The notes under the pieces were generated by a model, which did not search any database, was not told the origin of the DNA, and worked only from the letters and a program-made list of their open reading frames with translations. Positions 1 through 15,020 of a DNA stretch of 64,000 nt are shown in pieces. This stretch comes from Octopus vulgaris (taxonomy: Eukaryota). The stretch lies in NCBI GenBank assembly GCA_951406725.2, contig OX597819.1, positions 120,466,001-120,530,000 on the forward strand. The letters run 5' to 3'. Each line of letters opens with the position of its first letter. Within the stretch, counting starts at the first letter, position 1. The position numbers and the translations under genes were made by a program.

Positions 1-97
1 AGCATCATCAAGAACATCAACACCAACAATAAAAAAAAACAACATCAACAACAACTACATCAACAATTACAAAAACAGCAACATCAATATCAACAGC

Positions 98-288
98 AAG
101 AAGAAGAAGAAGACGAAGAAGAAGAAGAAGAAGAAGAAGAAGAAGAAGAAGAAGAAGAAGAAGAAGAAGAAGAAGAAGAAGAAGAAGAAGACGAAGAAGA
201 AGAAGAAGAAGAAGAAGAAGAAGAAGAAGAAGAAGAAGAAGAAGAAGAAGAAGAAGAAGAAGAAGAAGAAGAAGAAGAAGAAGAAGAA
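98..288 (+). repeat. (GAA)n microsatellite
   Basis: Near-perfect GAA run; source of the poly-L and poly-F ORFs. Confidence 0.98.
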
Positions 289-695
289 AACAGCCACGAA
301 GCCTGTAAGAAGTCTCCAAACGTACACGAAATAGTAAGTAAATCACTCTCAGAACGTGAACTTACGTCTGGAAAAAAAAACAGTTAATAAAATTTCATAC
401 CGTCTAACATCTAAACGGAATGGTCATAGCTGGAAGGCTTTTAATAATAAAGTATGTTCATTCAGAAAGGTAATTTGGGAACAGATGCTCTAACAAACAG
501 GAAGGAGTTGTTGTTGTTGTTGGTGGTGGTGGTGGTGGTAGTAGTGGTCGTGGTCATGGTCACGATTGGAATGGCTTTTTTTTTTAATGATTGCGGTGGT
601 CTAAAATCTGCTCGACTAAAATTTACCCGGTCTAAGCTCCGCGACCACCACTGCAGAAACAAAAAGAACAACCTGAACAGAAAAAAAAGAACAAT

Positions 696-696
<1 letters not shown>

Positions 697-756
<60 letters not shown>

Positions 757-1085
757 GCTACTACTACAGCTGCTATTACTGCTGAGGATGATGATGTTGC
801 TCCTACCACCACCACTATACCACCACCACCATCACCGCCTCCGCCACCCCCACCGCCTACGCCATTACTACTACTACTGCGACTACTAATCTACTTGAGC
901 TGCTACTGCTGCTACTACTACTACTATTGCTGCTAGTACTACTACTACTATTACTACTCCTGCTACTACACTTCTACTAATATTGTTGCTGTTTACTACT
1001 ACTACTATTACTTTTACTACTACTACTACTACTACTACTACTACCAATACTGCTAATGTTGCTGCTGTTACTACTACTACTACTC
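697..1085 (+). repeat. Compound (CTA)n/(CCA)n low-complexity tract
   Basis: Trinucleotide runs seen directly. Confidence 0.9.
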
Positions 1086-1811
1086 TGCCACTAACCAACC
1101 AAAATATAATAAACAAATAAAGCAACGCAATGTTTATTTCTAGGTAAATCGTCATAGAGGTTATCTTAAAACCAACGAATGTATAAGTTGAAAACAAAAA
1201 AAGAGAGAGAAAAATAAGAAAAATATGAAAAAAATAAGAAAAACAAATAAAAAAAGCAGCCTCTTCTCTTATCTAATATAATCAAAATAGTTCGCCTCTT
1301 ATAGCATTAACATCTTATCAGACTGTTGTCTGCTAATTCAACGTTGATAAACGTTTATCGTCAGAGAGCAATCGAAAATGGAATTTCTTAAAACAAACAA
1401 CTCACTTAACGAAATAATAGTCTTCACTAGTTATGTTAATTTTTCATTCACTAACCTTTCTTTATTCTTTATTAGCTACGAATTTCTTTCCAAGTTTTTC
1501 TTTTATTATTATTATTACTACCATTATTATTATTATTTTCTTTCTTCGGTATATTCTATTTCAAATAGACTCCATTTTTTTTTTATTATTTACACATATT
1601 ATTATTTTTTTTTTGAAAAAAAGAAAAAAAATTTTTTTTAAAAGAAAAAAATTTTTTTTTTTTAATATCATTATAAAAATTTCTCAGATATTAACAACTT
1701 CAAAACTCCGTTATCCTTGTTTCTCGTTTTATTGTTTGCTATTTATCACTTCTAATCTCAGATTGTCCATTCATAATTATTCATTTTTCATTTCAAATCT
1801 AAATAAGTTGC

Positions 1812-1858
<47 letters not shown>

Positions 1859-2202
1859 GTTTTGGCTTGGCAATTGATACGTGTTGCACCCAAGTCTCCA
1901 CCAGAGACGTCAAGCGACCACAAGATATTGCATCCGAAGAGGCTAACAGGTGAGGTACCGTGCCATTGAAAACAGAGTCTGTGAGAGAAAGAGGGAAAGA
2001 GAAAGAGAGAGAGAAGAGAGTGCAAGCAAAAAGAGTGCTGTTAAATGTTTAAAAGAGTGCTGTTTAAATGGAAGAATGCTTATAACTATGATCTTTAGCA
2101 ATCCACTTATCTTGGGGCTATAACCAAATTATACAGGATTTCATATGAATTTCATATCAACACATGCACAAACCCACATATATCTCCAAACGTTACCGCC
2201 AC

Positions 2203-2431
<229 letters not shown>

Positions 2432-2435
<4 letters not shown>

Positions 2436-3298
2436 GTTAAAAGAAGCGTAGAGGATAATCCTCGTTGCAAGGCCTCTCACATATCAGAACAAGTTGATAT
2501 CAGTACCAGAACAGCTGTCAGGTATCTCCACAAACTTGGCAAAGCCACTTCTTCGACCAGCCAACATCAAGCGGAGAAAAGATTGAGTCAGTGAGATGGT
2601 GGAGAAGCCACTAGTATTTTGGGACATTGTCATATTCTTTAATGAGTCCAGATTTGTTGTATTTCCTGACAGTGGTCGAGTATGGGTTTCGAGAATTTGT
2701 GATCAAGAATTTGATGTAAAAAGATGGCAACCAACTATGAAGCACGGCAGCTTTTCTGTGAGTGTCTGGGGGAGAAATTTGGAGCAATGGAGTGTGAGGG
2801 AAACATGAACTCAGATAAATACATGTCCATATTGCAGAGAGGACTCTTTCCAAACTTCTCCAGTGGTGAAATGATTAAAGAAAACTCTTTATTTTTTGAA
2901 GGTGGTACTCCTTGTCACACTGCTAAAGATTTGTTGGGTGGGAATAGCATTAAAAAGCTTCCATAGTCAAGCCAGTCACCAGATATTAACCCCATTGAAC
3001 ACCTCTGGGACATAATCGATGGCACACTTTATAAAAAGAACAAGACAGCATCTTAAAAGCCAGATCTTTGGAGGTTACTGCATGAAAATCCGTAAGAAAA
3101 TCAGTAAAGAGAATATTCGTCATCTGATCAGTAACATGCCTAATAGGGTCGCTGCATTGAAAAAAGGTACAGTGCATTTCTACTAAGTGTTCGATGTTCA
3201 CATTATAAGAATTAATAAATAATTTGAATTATAATTTCAGATTTAAATAGACTTTAAAGATTGTAGGTGTGTCTATTTACTTCTGTCATGTCTGTGTA
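2432..3298 (+). pseudogene. Tc1-family (DD34E) transposase remnant with right terminal inverted repeat
   Basis: Broken frames give FWDIVIFFNESRF, QPTMKHGSFSVSVWG, GNMNSDKYMSIL, TPCHTAK, SQSPDINPIEHLW, LISNMPNRVAAL; multiple stops and frameshifts; ends ...GTCTGTG followed by TA. Confidence 0.92.
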
Positions 3299-3333
3299 TA
3301 TATGTATACACACAGACATGACAGAAGTAAATG

Positions 3334-3396
<63 letters not shown>

Positions 3397-3449
3397 ATAT
3401 ATATATATATATATATACTTATAGATATAGATATGTGCACACACACACG

Positions 3450-3510
<61 letters not shown>

Positions 3511-3654
3511 TTATGTGCATATATACGAGTATATATGTGCATATATATTTATACATATATATGTATACACATACAGAGCGAGAGAGAGAAAAAGCGAGAA
3601 ACAGATACTCACATACGCACGTGCATGTATATGTACATCATGTCATTCACACAT

Positions 3655-3703
<49 letters not shown>

Positions 3704-4709
3704 CGCATCAGATATTTCTGTTTCTATTTTTCTTTTAAGACTTACATCAATTCATATCACAGCTGTACACTTGCATACCAAGACATATACACACTATTAA
3801 AATATGGTCAACGACAAATAAAATATTATTACACTTCCTCCCAATTCTACCACCAACGCCACCACAACCACCACCAGCATCAGCACCACCTCCACCTCCT
3901 ATATATATGTATATCCAAACACATTCGTTCGCGTGTTTATAGATTTATTAGTCGACATATATTCATAAATAATTATCAACAAAATATTTTCCATAGTTGA
4001 AAGCGCTGCGACTGGATTCAGACGTCAACGTAGCAAAGGCATAGCGGAGAATTTGTGTTGTTTAACTTCAGAACACATGTTATTTTAATAGATGGCGACA
4101 TCAAGTAAGCTAATGAAAACTGACGGTGATATTTTGCTTTATTAACTCGAATTATATTAACTTTGCTGCTGCTCTGCATCATATTTAATCTTTCAATCGA
4201 TCGGGGCTGTCGTAAAGGTTAATATGGATGGGATATAGCGCTACCGTATGAAAATACTTTACTTGCAGACGTTACTTGTATCAGCACGAGAGCTGTTATC
4301 TTTTGTACAATGATATATTCTTTAATTCACACTAGTCTCTGTGTTGATACGCTTTAAAGCTTTAATAAACCGTGTGGGAATTAGAAATAAAAACTAAAGA
4401 ACGAAATAAAAACAGGTGGTACACGTCGTCTCCTTTTAAGTTATTTTATCTCGCCATTACTTAATGTGTAAAATATACTGTTTGAGTTGGCATTTTTAAC
4501 TTCAAGCGAGGAGAGTTAGAAAGCAGTGCTCCTGCATTTTTTGTTGAGGCTCATAGTATGGAGTGAGTGAAGGAGGAAATCTATACTCCAACTGAAAACC
4601 GGGTCCGAATGACTGCAATAGGTTCGGCGCTGCTAAAATTCATCCGGGGTACCACGTGATAGTATTGAGTCAGGTGACGGGTTAAGCCTACCTCCCAAAA
4701 AAGTCATGT

Positions 4710-5030
4710 GAAGGCACTTGGTTTAACAGATAGGATGTTGCTCTCACGATCGTGGGATCACAGTTTCGATTTTAGCACCGGGCGGTGTACTGTTCGTAGC
4801 TTAGTGGTTATCGTGTTGCACTCATGATCCTAAGATTTTGGTTTCGATTCCTGAATCGGGTGATGCGTCATGTTATTGAGCAAAAAGCTTTATATCACGT
4901 TACTCCAGTCCATTTAGCAAGCAGAAATGAGTAATTCTGCGACGGACTGGTGTCCTGTTCAGGGGGAATATATAGACCGCGAAAACCGGGAAACCGGTCT
5001 TATGAATCAATATCACCCGGGAAGGATTTT
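4710..5030 (+). mobile_element. SINE family C (duplicated head) with tail type 2
   Basis: tRNA-like head with GTTTCGATT B box, TTGAGCAA...CACGTT.CTCCAGTCCA core, then CTGCGACGGACTGGTGTCCTGTTCAGGG tail shared with 59645-59822. Confidence 0.75.
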
Positions 5031-5239
5031 TTCCCTATCCTTTTTATCCTTTTGGGTTAAAACACGTTATTTCATGTTCTTCCAGTCCATTCAGTACAAA
5101 TAGATTTTAGAATAGTTTTAATTTTAACCTTGTGAAGGACCAGCGGCTCATCCAGAGTGTAAAGAAGATTTGAACGAAGACAAGATTTGAACTGAAGGTG
5201 CAATTTGTGGCCGCTTGAAGCTAGACTAATAATTCTATC

Positions 5240-5872
5240 CAAAATTGGCACAAAGCCTGGATTTTAAAACTTTTCTGAGCTACAGGTGGTGGTGATCGAT
5301 TACATCGACTACATTGCTCAATTGGTAATTGTTTTATTAACCTAGAAAGAATAAAATGCAAAGTCGACCTTTGCGGCATTTGAACCCAGAACATAAGAAG
5401 CCGAAAGAAATGCTACCAGGCATTTTACCCAACGCGCTCATTATTCTGTCAGCTCTTTAATGCTGCAGTGATGATAATAATCCTTTCTACTAAGGGTACA
5501 TGGCTTGAGATTTGTGGGGAGGGGCTAATCGGTTTTATCGACCCCAGTGTTCAACTGGTATGATCACGAAAGAAAGAAAGAAAGACACAGTTGACCTCAG
5601 AAGAATTTAGAACTAAAAGATCCAAGAGAAATATTGCAAAGCATTTTGCCTGAAGGCGCTAAAGATTTTTTCTACTCTAGGCACAAGGTCCGAAATTTGG
5701 GGGGAAGGGGCTAGTGGATTAGATCGACCCCAGTATGCAACAGGGACTTAATTTATCGACCCCGAAAAGATGAAAGGCAAAGTCGACCACGGCGAAAATT
5801 GAACTCAGTATGTAAAGACTGACGAAATACTGCTAAGCATTTCGCCCGACATGCTAAAGTTTCAGCCAGCTT
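5240..5872 (-). mobile_element. Three tandem degenerate SINE family A copies
   Basis: Repeated ATCGACCCC...GAAAGGCAAAGTCGACC...TTTGAACTCAG blocks. Confidence 0.8.
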
Positions 5873-6033
5873 AAGTCACTACAATAATAATTATCATTGT
5901 CGAAAATGATTAAAATAATTAAATAATTAAAGTAAGTAAATTTTAATCATTTAAGAAATCTGTTGGAAGTCATACAACTGATTAATTCGAACTTCGAAAC
6001 TTCGACCATAACTGTATAATGATTACGGACAAT

Positions 6034-6200
6034 AGTCGTAGGAGTGGTTGTGTGGTAAGTAGCTTGTTTCCAAATCACATGGTTCCGGGTTCAGTCCCAC
6101 TGCGTGGCACCTTGGGCAAGTGTCTTCTATTATAGCCTCGGGCCAACCAAAGCCTTGTGAGTGAATTTGGTAGAGGGAAACTGAAAGAAGCCTGTTGTAT
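6034..6200 (+). mobile_element. SINE family B, 5' half
   Basis: GGAGTGG.TGTGTGGTAAG A box, GGTTCAGTCCC B box, CCTTGGGCAAGTGTCTT CORE-like block. Confidence 0.88.
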
Positions 6201-6229
6201 ATATGTGTGTGTGTATGTATGTATAAGTG

Positions 6230-6460
6230 TAGATTTGTATGCTTTGCTTTATGTATGTATCCTCATGCATATAGCTGCATATCTAGACATGCTTATAAAT
6301 ATATTTAAATAATAAACTTCTGGCAAGTTTTACAGATTTTTATATGCCCAGTGATGGATTGGATCTGTAGTCTTTGAATTAGCTTTCGTCTTCCTGGTTA
6401 TGTGTTACATATCCCATGGCCGCAATAATTACAGGTATAAACCTGAACTTGTAATCTGAC
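6230..6460 (-). mobile_element. 3' end of RLE non-LTR retrotransposon (R4/Dong-like)
   Basis: Minus strand reads DYKFRFIPVIIAAMGYV and KLIQRLQIQSITGHIKICKTCQKFII*; 3' UTR matches 49665-49750; abuts (TGTA)n. Confidence 0.8.
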
Positions 6461-6577
6461 GTATGTAAGTATGTATGCATGTATGTATATATTCATGTCT
6501 ATAAGAATTTATTTAAGGATTTATGCATGTGTGGATGCATGCATGTATGTATGTATGTATGTATGTATGTATGTATG

Positions 6578-6608
<31 letters not shown>

Positions 6609-7695
6609 GTATGTACCCATGGATGTATGTATGTATGTATGCATGCATGCATGCATGTATGTATGTATGTATGTATGCATGTATGTATGTATGTGTGTAT
6701 GTATGTATGTATGTATGTATGTATGTATGCATGCATATATGTATGCATGTATGTATGTATGTATGTATGCATGCATATATGTATGCATGTATGTATGTAT
6801 ATATGTATGTATATATGCATGCATGCATGCATGTATGTATGTATGTATGTATGTATGTATGTATGTATGTATGTATGCATGCATATATGTATGCATGTAT
6901 GTATGTATGTATGTATGTATGTATGTATGTATGCATGCATGCATGTATGTATGTATGTATGTATGTATGCATGCATATATGTATGCATGTATGTATGTAT
7001 GTATGTATGTATGTATGTATGCATGCATATATGTATGCATGTATGTATGTATGTATGTATGTATGTATGTATGTATGTATGTATGTATGCATGCATATAT
7101 GTATGCATGTATGTATGTATGTATGTATGTATGTATGTATGTATGCATGCATGCATGTATGTATGTATGTATGTATGTATGTATGCATGCATATATGTAT
7201 GCATGTATGTATGTATGTATGTATATATGCATGCATGCATGCATGTATGTATGTATGTATGTATGTATGTATGCATGCATATATGTATGCATGTATGTAT
7301 GTATGTATGTATGTATGTATGCATGTATGTATGTATGTATGTATGCATGCATATATGTATGCATGTATGCATGTATGTATGTATGTATGTGTGTATGTAT
7401 GCATGTATGCATGTATGTATGCATGTATGTATGTATGTATGTATGTATGTATGTTTGTATGTATGCATGCATGTATGCATGTATGTATGCATGTATGTAT
7501 GTATGTATGTATGTATGTATGTATGTATGTATTTATGTATGTATGTATGTATGCAAGTCTCTATGCATGCTTGTATGTATTTCTAAGCATTTATGTATAT
7601 ATGCATGCATGAAAGTAGCTCTGTATATCTGTTTGCTTGTATGTAACTACGCAAGTATGTATGTATGTATGTATGTATGTATGTATGTATGTATG
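6461..7695 (+). repeat. About 1.2 kb (TGTA)n/(TGCA)n compound microsatellite with higher-order structure
   Basis: Seen directly; source of the MYVC and HTYI ORFs. Confidence 0.97.
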
Positions 7696-8249
7696 TGTGC
7701 ATATAAGTTTGTATATATGATTTTATTTTTAAACGTGTGATTATATGCATGCACACATATACACAGATACACGCATATAGATATACATGTATGCATATAT
7801 GTGTACCTGTTTGTGCATGTGCGCGCGCGCGCGCGCGTGTGTGTGTGTGTATGTTCAAACGGCTTCCTATGAGATTTTGCATGTGTGACAGATTTTATGT
7901 AGCAAATCCTTTGAAAGTTGGCGAAAGCGTATGAAAAATATGAAAGTAAAACATAGTAAATAAATAAAGATAAAACCGAGATAATAAACCTACTAAAAAG
8001 TGCAGTAAAATATATCTTTAACATTAATGAATTAAATAATTAGTGGCAAATTCTGTATATATATTGGATTGCCAAATCATATAAAAATCCAATGAAAGAT
8101 TAATGATATCTCTGTGAAAAAATAAATATCACTTTTTAAACTTCTTAGCTATCAGGATAATATTAAACCCGTTACATAAGTATATCAAACACTTAGTAAA
8201 ATATAAGCCAGTATCGTATCACATGCTAATATTATTCAAAGGGATAAGA

Positions 8250-8820
8250 AGGTAGGCTGGCAGAATCGTTAGCACGCCGGGCGAAATGCTTAGCGGCATT
8301 TCGTCCGTTTTTTCGTTCTGGGTTCAAATTCCGTCGAGGTCGATTTTGTCTTTCAAATTCCGCCGAGATCGATAAATTCAGCACCAATTGCGAACTGGGG
8401 TCGATCTAATCGACTGGCTCCCTCCCCCAAAATTTCGGGCCTTGTGTCTAGAGTAAAAAAACAATCAAAAATAAAGAATCGTTAGCACGCCAGGCGAAAT
8501 GCTTATCGGCATTTCGTCCGTTTGTTTCGTTCTGGGTTCAAATTCCGCCGAGATCGATAAATTCAGCACCAATTGCGAACTGGGGTTGATCTAATCGACT
8601 GGCTCCCTCCCCCAAAATTTCGAGCCTTGTGTCTAGAGTAAAAAATAAAAAGAAAAAAGAATCGTTAGCACGCTGGGTTCGAATACTGTCGAAGTCGATT
8701 TTACTTTTCATTCTATGAGGATCGATAAAATTAATGCCACCTAATTATTGGGGTCAATGTAAGTGACTTATTCCCTTCTCAGAAAATGCTGGCCTTGTAT
8801 CAAACACTGAATTCAATATT
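8250..8820 (+). mobile_element. Tandem trimer of SINE family A
   Basis: Three GAATCGTTAGCACGC starts; GGTTCAAATTCC B box; GGGGTCGATCTAATCGAC block. Confidence 0.85.
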
Positions 8821-9096
8821 TATCGATGGTGGGATTTACACGAGATTATTTTTAATGTAAATATAGTTACATATTAAATTATTTAAACCTGACTATGTAA
8901 GAAACAAACGACAGAGTGACGATTTAATGACCGTTAATGAAAAATATAGAGAGAGGTCACAAAATTTACAGATTGAAGAGTTCTGTATACAGAGAATAAA
9001 TAAGATACGACCCTCAATTATTTTGATATAAATGTTGGAGAAGAGAAAGGGAGTTTATGGTTCATATTTTTGTATTTGTATAAATACTCTATTACC

Positions 9097-9424
<328 letters not shown>

Positions 9425-9539
9425 GGGCAATTATGGAATGAATTTTAGGGCTTATAAATCTAATATATTTCTATCCTTTCTTAAATATCGGTTCCCACAT
9501 GCTGCTCATATCTGCACTCGGTCTCAACCTCCTAAGCAG

Positions 9540-9800
9540 ACCGGTTTCAGCCAGAAGCTGTGGCCATCCAGTGGCGCGGATATTAGCTCTAAAGGCTGTC
9601 TATTTTAGACTCATTTCCTGGTTCTGTCTCCGGAAGTAGTTCTTGTGAAGGCGTGTGTGCAGGACAGAGTTGCCCCTAGTTGCGTGATTTGCGGTGACAT
9701 GAATTCATCCGGTGCCTAATTACTCTTTGAACTCATGCATATCTACATCTCGTAAATCTCAGAAGCCCTTTGGCAAGGTATTCAAAGACTGTGGGCCTTA
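9540..9800 (+). mobile_element. Possible L1/Tx1 LINE fragment (zf-RVT CCHC region)
   Basis: Broken frame PSCVICGD...THAYLH...ALWQ resembles the C-terminal zinc finger; very degraded. Confidence 0.35.
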
Positions 9801-11200
9801 TGAGAGCTAAGCAGTTACGCTATCACTCGGGAAGGATTATTTTCCCTATCCTATTTATGCTTTTGGGTAAAACACTACATTTCATGTTCTTCCAGTCCAT
9901 TCAGCTACAAATAGATTTTGGAATAGTTGTAATTTTAACCTTGTAAAGGACCAGCGTCTCATCTAGGGTGTGGAGAAGATTTGAACCAAGACAAGATTTG
10001 AACTGAAGGTGCAATTTGTGGCCGCTTGAAGCTAGACTAATAATTCTATCCAAAATTGTTAAAAGACCTGGATTTTAAAACTTTTACATCGACACCATTG
10101 CTCGACAGGAAATTGTTTTATTAACCTAGAAAGAATAAAATGCAAAGTCGACCTTTGCAGCATTTCAACCGAGAACATAAGGAGCCGAAAGATGTGGAGA
10201 TTGCGGGAACTTTGATATTTTGCAATGGCGTCAAGTACAAATATCGATATAGATTTCAATCTCAAAGTTAGGTCCTAAACATCCCAGGATCTTTCACATA
10301 TATCCTCGATTGATTTCAATTTATTCGATATTTAACATACATCAGGTGTTTTATGTTTGCCGATATATTTCAAGACTCAATTGAAACTAGAATAATTTAT
10401 TTTTTCAACTAAGTGTAGTAATTTTTTCCCCATAAGTTTGCTTCATACGGTAGCTGATATTAATCAGAAATATATCGAAAATTAATGACGATATGAATAT
10501 TGTAAATGTACAATCTAAATATAAGGTTAATATTCCAGATATCATTATCGTGATAAATTAAATTTATTGAAATAGATTAGCAAAATTTCAATTAAAGTCA
10601 AGATAATTTCAGTGAAGTTATCTTTATCAATGTAATAATTATTTTAATAGACATCATTATATGTTAAATTCGCTAAATTATGAGAAAGTAAAAGATTTCG
10701 TAAGGAGTAAAGTAAATTTCATTTCTTATCAAAAATATTTTTTACTCATATAATTTTGAAAATACAAGGATTATGAACATATGAAAAACTATATTTAATA
10801 TTATGAAGAAATTTAAATATGCCTTCGTATAAATAATTCGAAATTAAGAGTGTATTTTTCAAAAAAAATTTGCCAAGAAATCTATAAATCACTTCACAAT
10901 TTAGAAAAAAATAAGATGTTATTAACCTCATATCAACTGGCAATTGTTCCGATAATATATCAATATAAAATAAAACTTCATGTAGTATAAATTATACAAT
11001 AAAAGTATATAGTAAAAGAAATATTTAACAATTCGATATAACGAAAGTGATATGTTAAAAAAAATAGATAGCAAAATATTCTATGCTCTAATATATATTA
11101 TAAATATACCACTGCTGAAAAAAAAAGTACTGATGCAGAATTTGAAAGAATATATATATATATATATATATATTACATCTCGTTCAGAGATTTATTATTG

Positions 11201-11326
<126 letters not shown>

Positions 11327-11578
11327 GAGCATTGAGAGTATCAAATGTCATAGAATTACAAAGTTATCATCTGATAAAGTAATGACACATGAACGTATGA
11401 GGTACGTGCACACCCATGCATAATCACTTGCAACGCATATGCAGTGCACATGTGCATACATGTGTTGACGTGCAAATGCATGCAGTAGACACGTTACCGC
11501 TGCTGCTCCTCACACACACACACACACACACACACAGAAATACACACACATATATACACAAACATGCAGACAGAAATA

Positions 11579-11738
11579 TGGGACTGGTTGTGTGGTAAGT
11601 AGCTTGTTTACCAGCCACATGGTTCCGGGTTCAGACCTACTGCGTGGCGCCTTGGGCAAATGTCTTCTACTGTAGCCTCGGGCTGACCAAAGCCACTTGT
11701 GAGTGGATTTAGTAGACGGAAACTGAGAGAAGCCCGTC

Positions 11739-11774
<36 letters not shown>

Positions 11775-12000
11775 GTGTGTTTCTGTGTGTGTGTTTGTTT
11801 GTGTATTTTTGTCCCCCCCCCACCCTCATTTGATAACAGATGCTGGTGTGTTTACATCCGATGTAACTTAGCGGTTTGGCAAAAGGGACCGATGGAATAA
11901 GTAATAGGCTTACAAAGAATAAGTCCTGGGGTCGACTTGTTCCACTAAAAGGCGGTGCTCCAGCATGGTCGCAGTCAATTGACTGAAACAAATAAAAGAA
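11579..12000 (+). mobile_element. SINE family B, near full length
   Basis: Head, CORE-like block, internal (TA)/(TG) tract and tail all match other copies. Confidence 0.9.
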
Positions 12001-12459
12001 TACATACATCCGTGCACACATGCATTCTAGACTACATCCAAAACGAAATCCATTCTGTTATTTCACAAACAGTCGCTCGTCAACACAGCCTTCTCATTCT
12101 CTCGAACAAGCTGTTCACTTCTAGCCATGCAAATTTGGTTTTGTACACTCCCCCGTCGCCCATGGCCATCGGTTCTTGCAATTAACACATTGCCTATTCA
12201 CTTTTCACCAGGAATACGGCCTTCTGGAAATCCCTGTAAACCGTTGTTGTTTCTGCGGTCGTTCAGGTCAACTTTTCCAAGAGAAAGCCGTATAGCCAAC
12301 AACACTTTCAGAGTGTTTGCACACTAATATAATTATATACACGCTGGCACAAGACACGCACGAACATTAATATAAACAAACACATATATAGCTTTAATTA
12401 TAATCGAAGCTATAGGTCTAAATAGGAACGTTTACACATTTACACATTTACACATATAG

Positions 12460-13090
<631 letters not shown>

Positions 13091-13436
13091 AAATCTATAT
13101 TGAATGGCGATAAACAAGCAAAGATGTAAAGCACACAAACTGATAATTAAATATATAAACAGTAAGACATATAACATACACGTTATTAAACAATTAAAGA
13201 ATAATTATTTTTACACCTAAATGGGAAATTCCAGTTCAGTAACAACTTTGGTTGGAGTGCATTTGTAACAATTACTGTATTTGCCGGAGAATACGGTACA
13301 CGTTTTTGAAGTGTAATAAAAATTGCTTTGCGTCTAATGTGGCTGTATTACGGATGAGAGCCCGAGTATTGTATATCTAGGCAGTTGGATAAGCTAAAGT
13401 CTGCTAGGCATAACAATTGTTACTAATAATAGAATT

Positions 13437-13742
13437 TTCTTTTCTACACTAGGCATAAGGCCCGAAATTTTTGGGGAGGGAGCAGTCAATTAGATGAATC
13501 CCCAGGACGCAACTGATACTTAATTTATCGACCCCAAAAGGATGAAAGGCAAAGTCGACCTCGGCGGAATTTGAACTCAGAACGTAAAGACAGATGAAGT
13601 AAATCGTTAGATTAAACTTTTCTATTCTAGGCACAAACCCCAACATTTTGGGGGAGGGTGTAGTCAATTAGATCTACCCCCATTACGCACCTGGTACTTA
13701 CTTTATCGAACCAGAAAGCATGACAGGCAAAGTCGACCTCGA
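13437..13742 (-). mobile_element. Two SINE family A fragments
   Basis: AAAGGATGAAAGGCAAAGTCGACCTCGGCGGAATTTGAACTC. Confidence 0.85.
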
Positions 13743-14101
13743 CTAACAACAGAATATTGAAACCAAACCGAAATTTTCAGTCTGTTAGAAACAAACTTAC
13801 GAAAAGTTGCTTACGATTCGTCGGCAGTTATGTGAAGAGGTTACATCATCTTATTTATTATACATTCTTCCCAGAATACATAACCAACAACTGATATATT
13901 GATATATCATGTAATGATTTCATTACTTTTGAGAAACATTTTAAAAATAATTTTAAGGAAACATTCTCCTAGAAAAAGAAGAAATCAAACGTTTACCCAC
14001 CTTTTAGCTACTTGCAATGAGCAGACGACAATACACCATAACGGTGAGACCCACTCTGCTGGCCAAACGCAGTAACACACACACACGCACACACACACAC
14101 A

Positions 14102-14141
<40 letters not shown>

Positions 14142-14267
14142 GACATAGCAAATAATACTAGTTTTATGTCCTATAGGACAATTCGGTTGGCCAAAATGTG
14201 TACAAATATACAACTGCTTCAAAAACTCGATGAAGTTCGGTATTCGTATAGCGTATTATATTTATAA

Positions 14268-14635
14268 CTATCACTATGACCCGGCGTTGCCGGGTCATAG
14301 TGCTAGTGCATGCATATACAGCTGCATGTGTGCGCTCATACACGGGAGTACTGTCCAAATCTCCGACCAATCACATACAGCTAACTGGCATTCAATTGGC
14401 GTATCAAGTTTTGGGCATTTTGATTGGGTTTTGGATAGAAAATTCACAAAAAAGTCACTTCTATTGATTTTTTTAATGGCTTTGAGGGGTGACTGGGGAA
14501 ATTTAAAGATGTGCACGACCACGCTCGGATGGTTTTGAATGACCATAGAAAGTGCAAGCCCTTCCTCTAATTGAAAATTGTGGATTCGTATAAAGGACAC
14601 GCGCACATCCATTTTGCCGTTTATATATAGAGAGA
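14268..14635 (-). mobile_element. Non-autonomous Helitron
   Basis: Minus strand begins a|TCTCTCTATATATAAA and ends with hairpin GACCCGGC-AAC-GCCGGGTC then ATAG|t (CTAG variant); A/T insertion site. Confidence 0.8.
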
Positions 14636-14790
14636 TAAATTTATGGTTTCCTTCTTTATTCGAGTATACTGTCACAGCATTGTGCTTACATGCACAGAAT
14701 GATATATTTTCCCCAGCAAAACCATTTTAAAATATCTTCCAATATGTGTATAATAAAACATACGAAATATGTTATATTTTCCAGCAGAGT

Positions 14791-14954
14791 AGGCGCAGGA
14801 GTGGCTGTGTGGTAAGTAGCTTGCTAACCAACTACATGGTTCCGGGTTCAGTCCCACTGCATGGCATCTTGGGCAAGTGTCTTCTGCTATAGCCCCGGGC
14901 CGACCAATGCCTTGTGAGTGGATTTGGTAGACGGAAACTGAAGGAAACCTGTCG

Positions 14955-15020
<66 letters not shown>

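Noticed and set aside
1858-1955. Possible exon ending CAG|GTGAGG
   Set aside because: No acceptor site, no recognisable peptide and no partner exons.
6700-7400. CRISPR-like repeat/spacer appearance
   Set aside because: Spacers are just (GTAT)n, the context is eukaryotic, and there are no cas genes.
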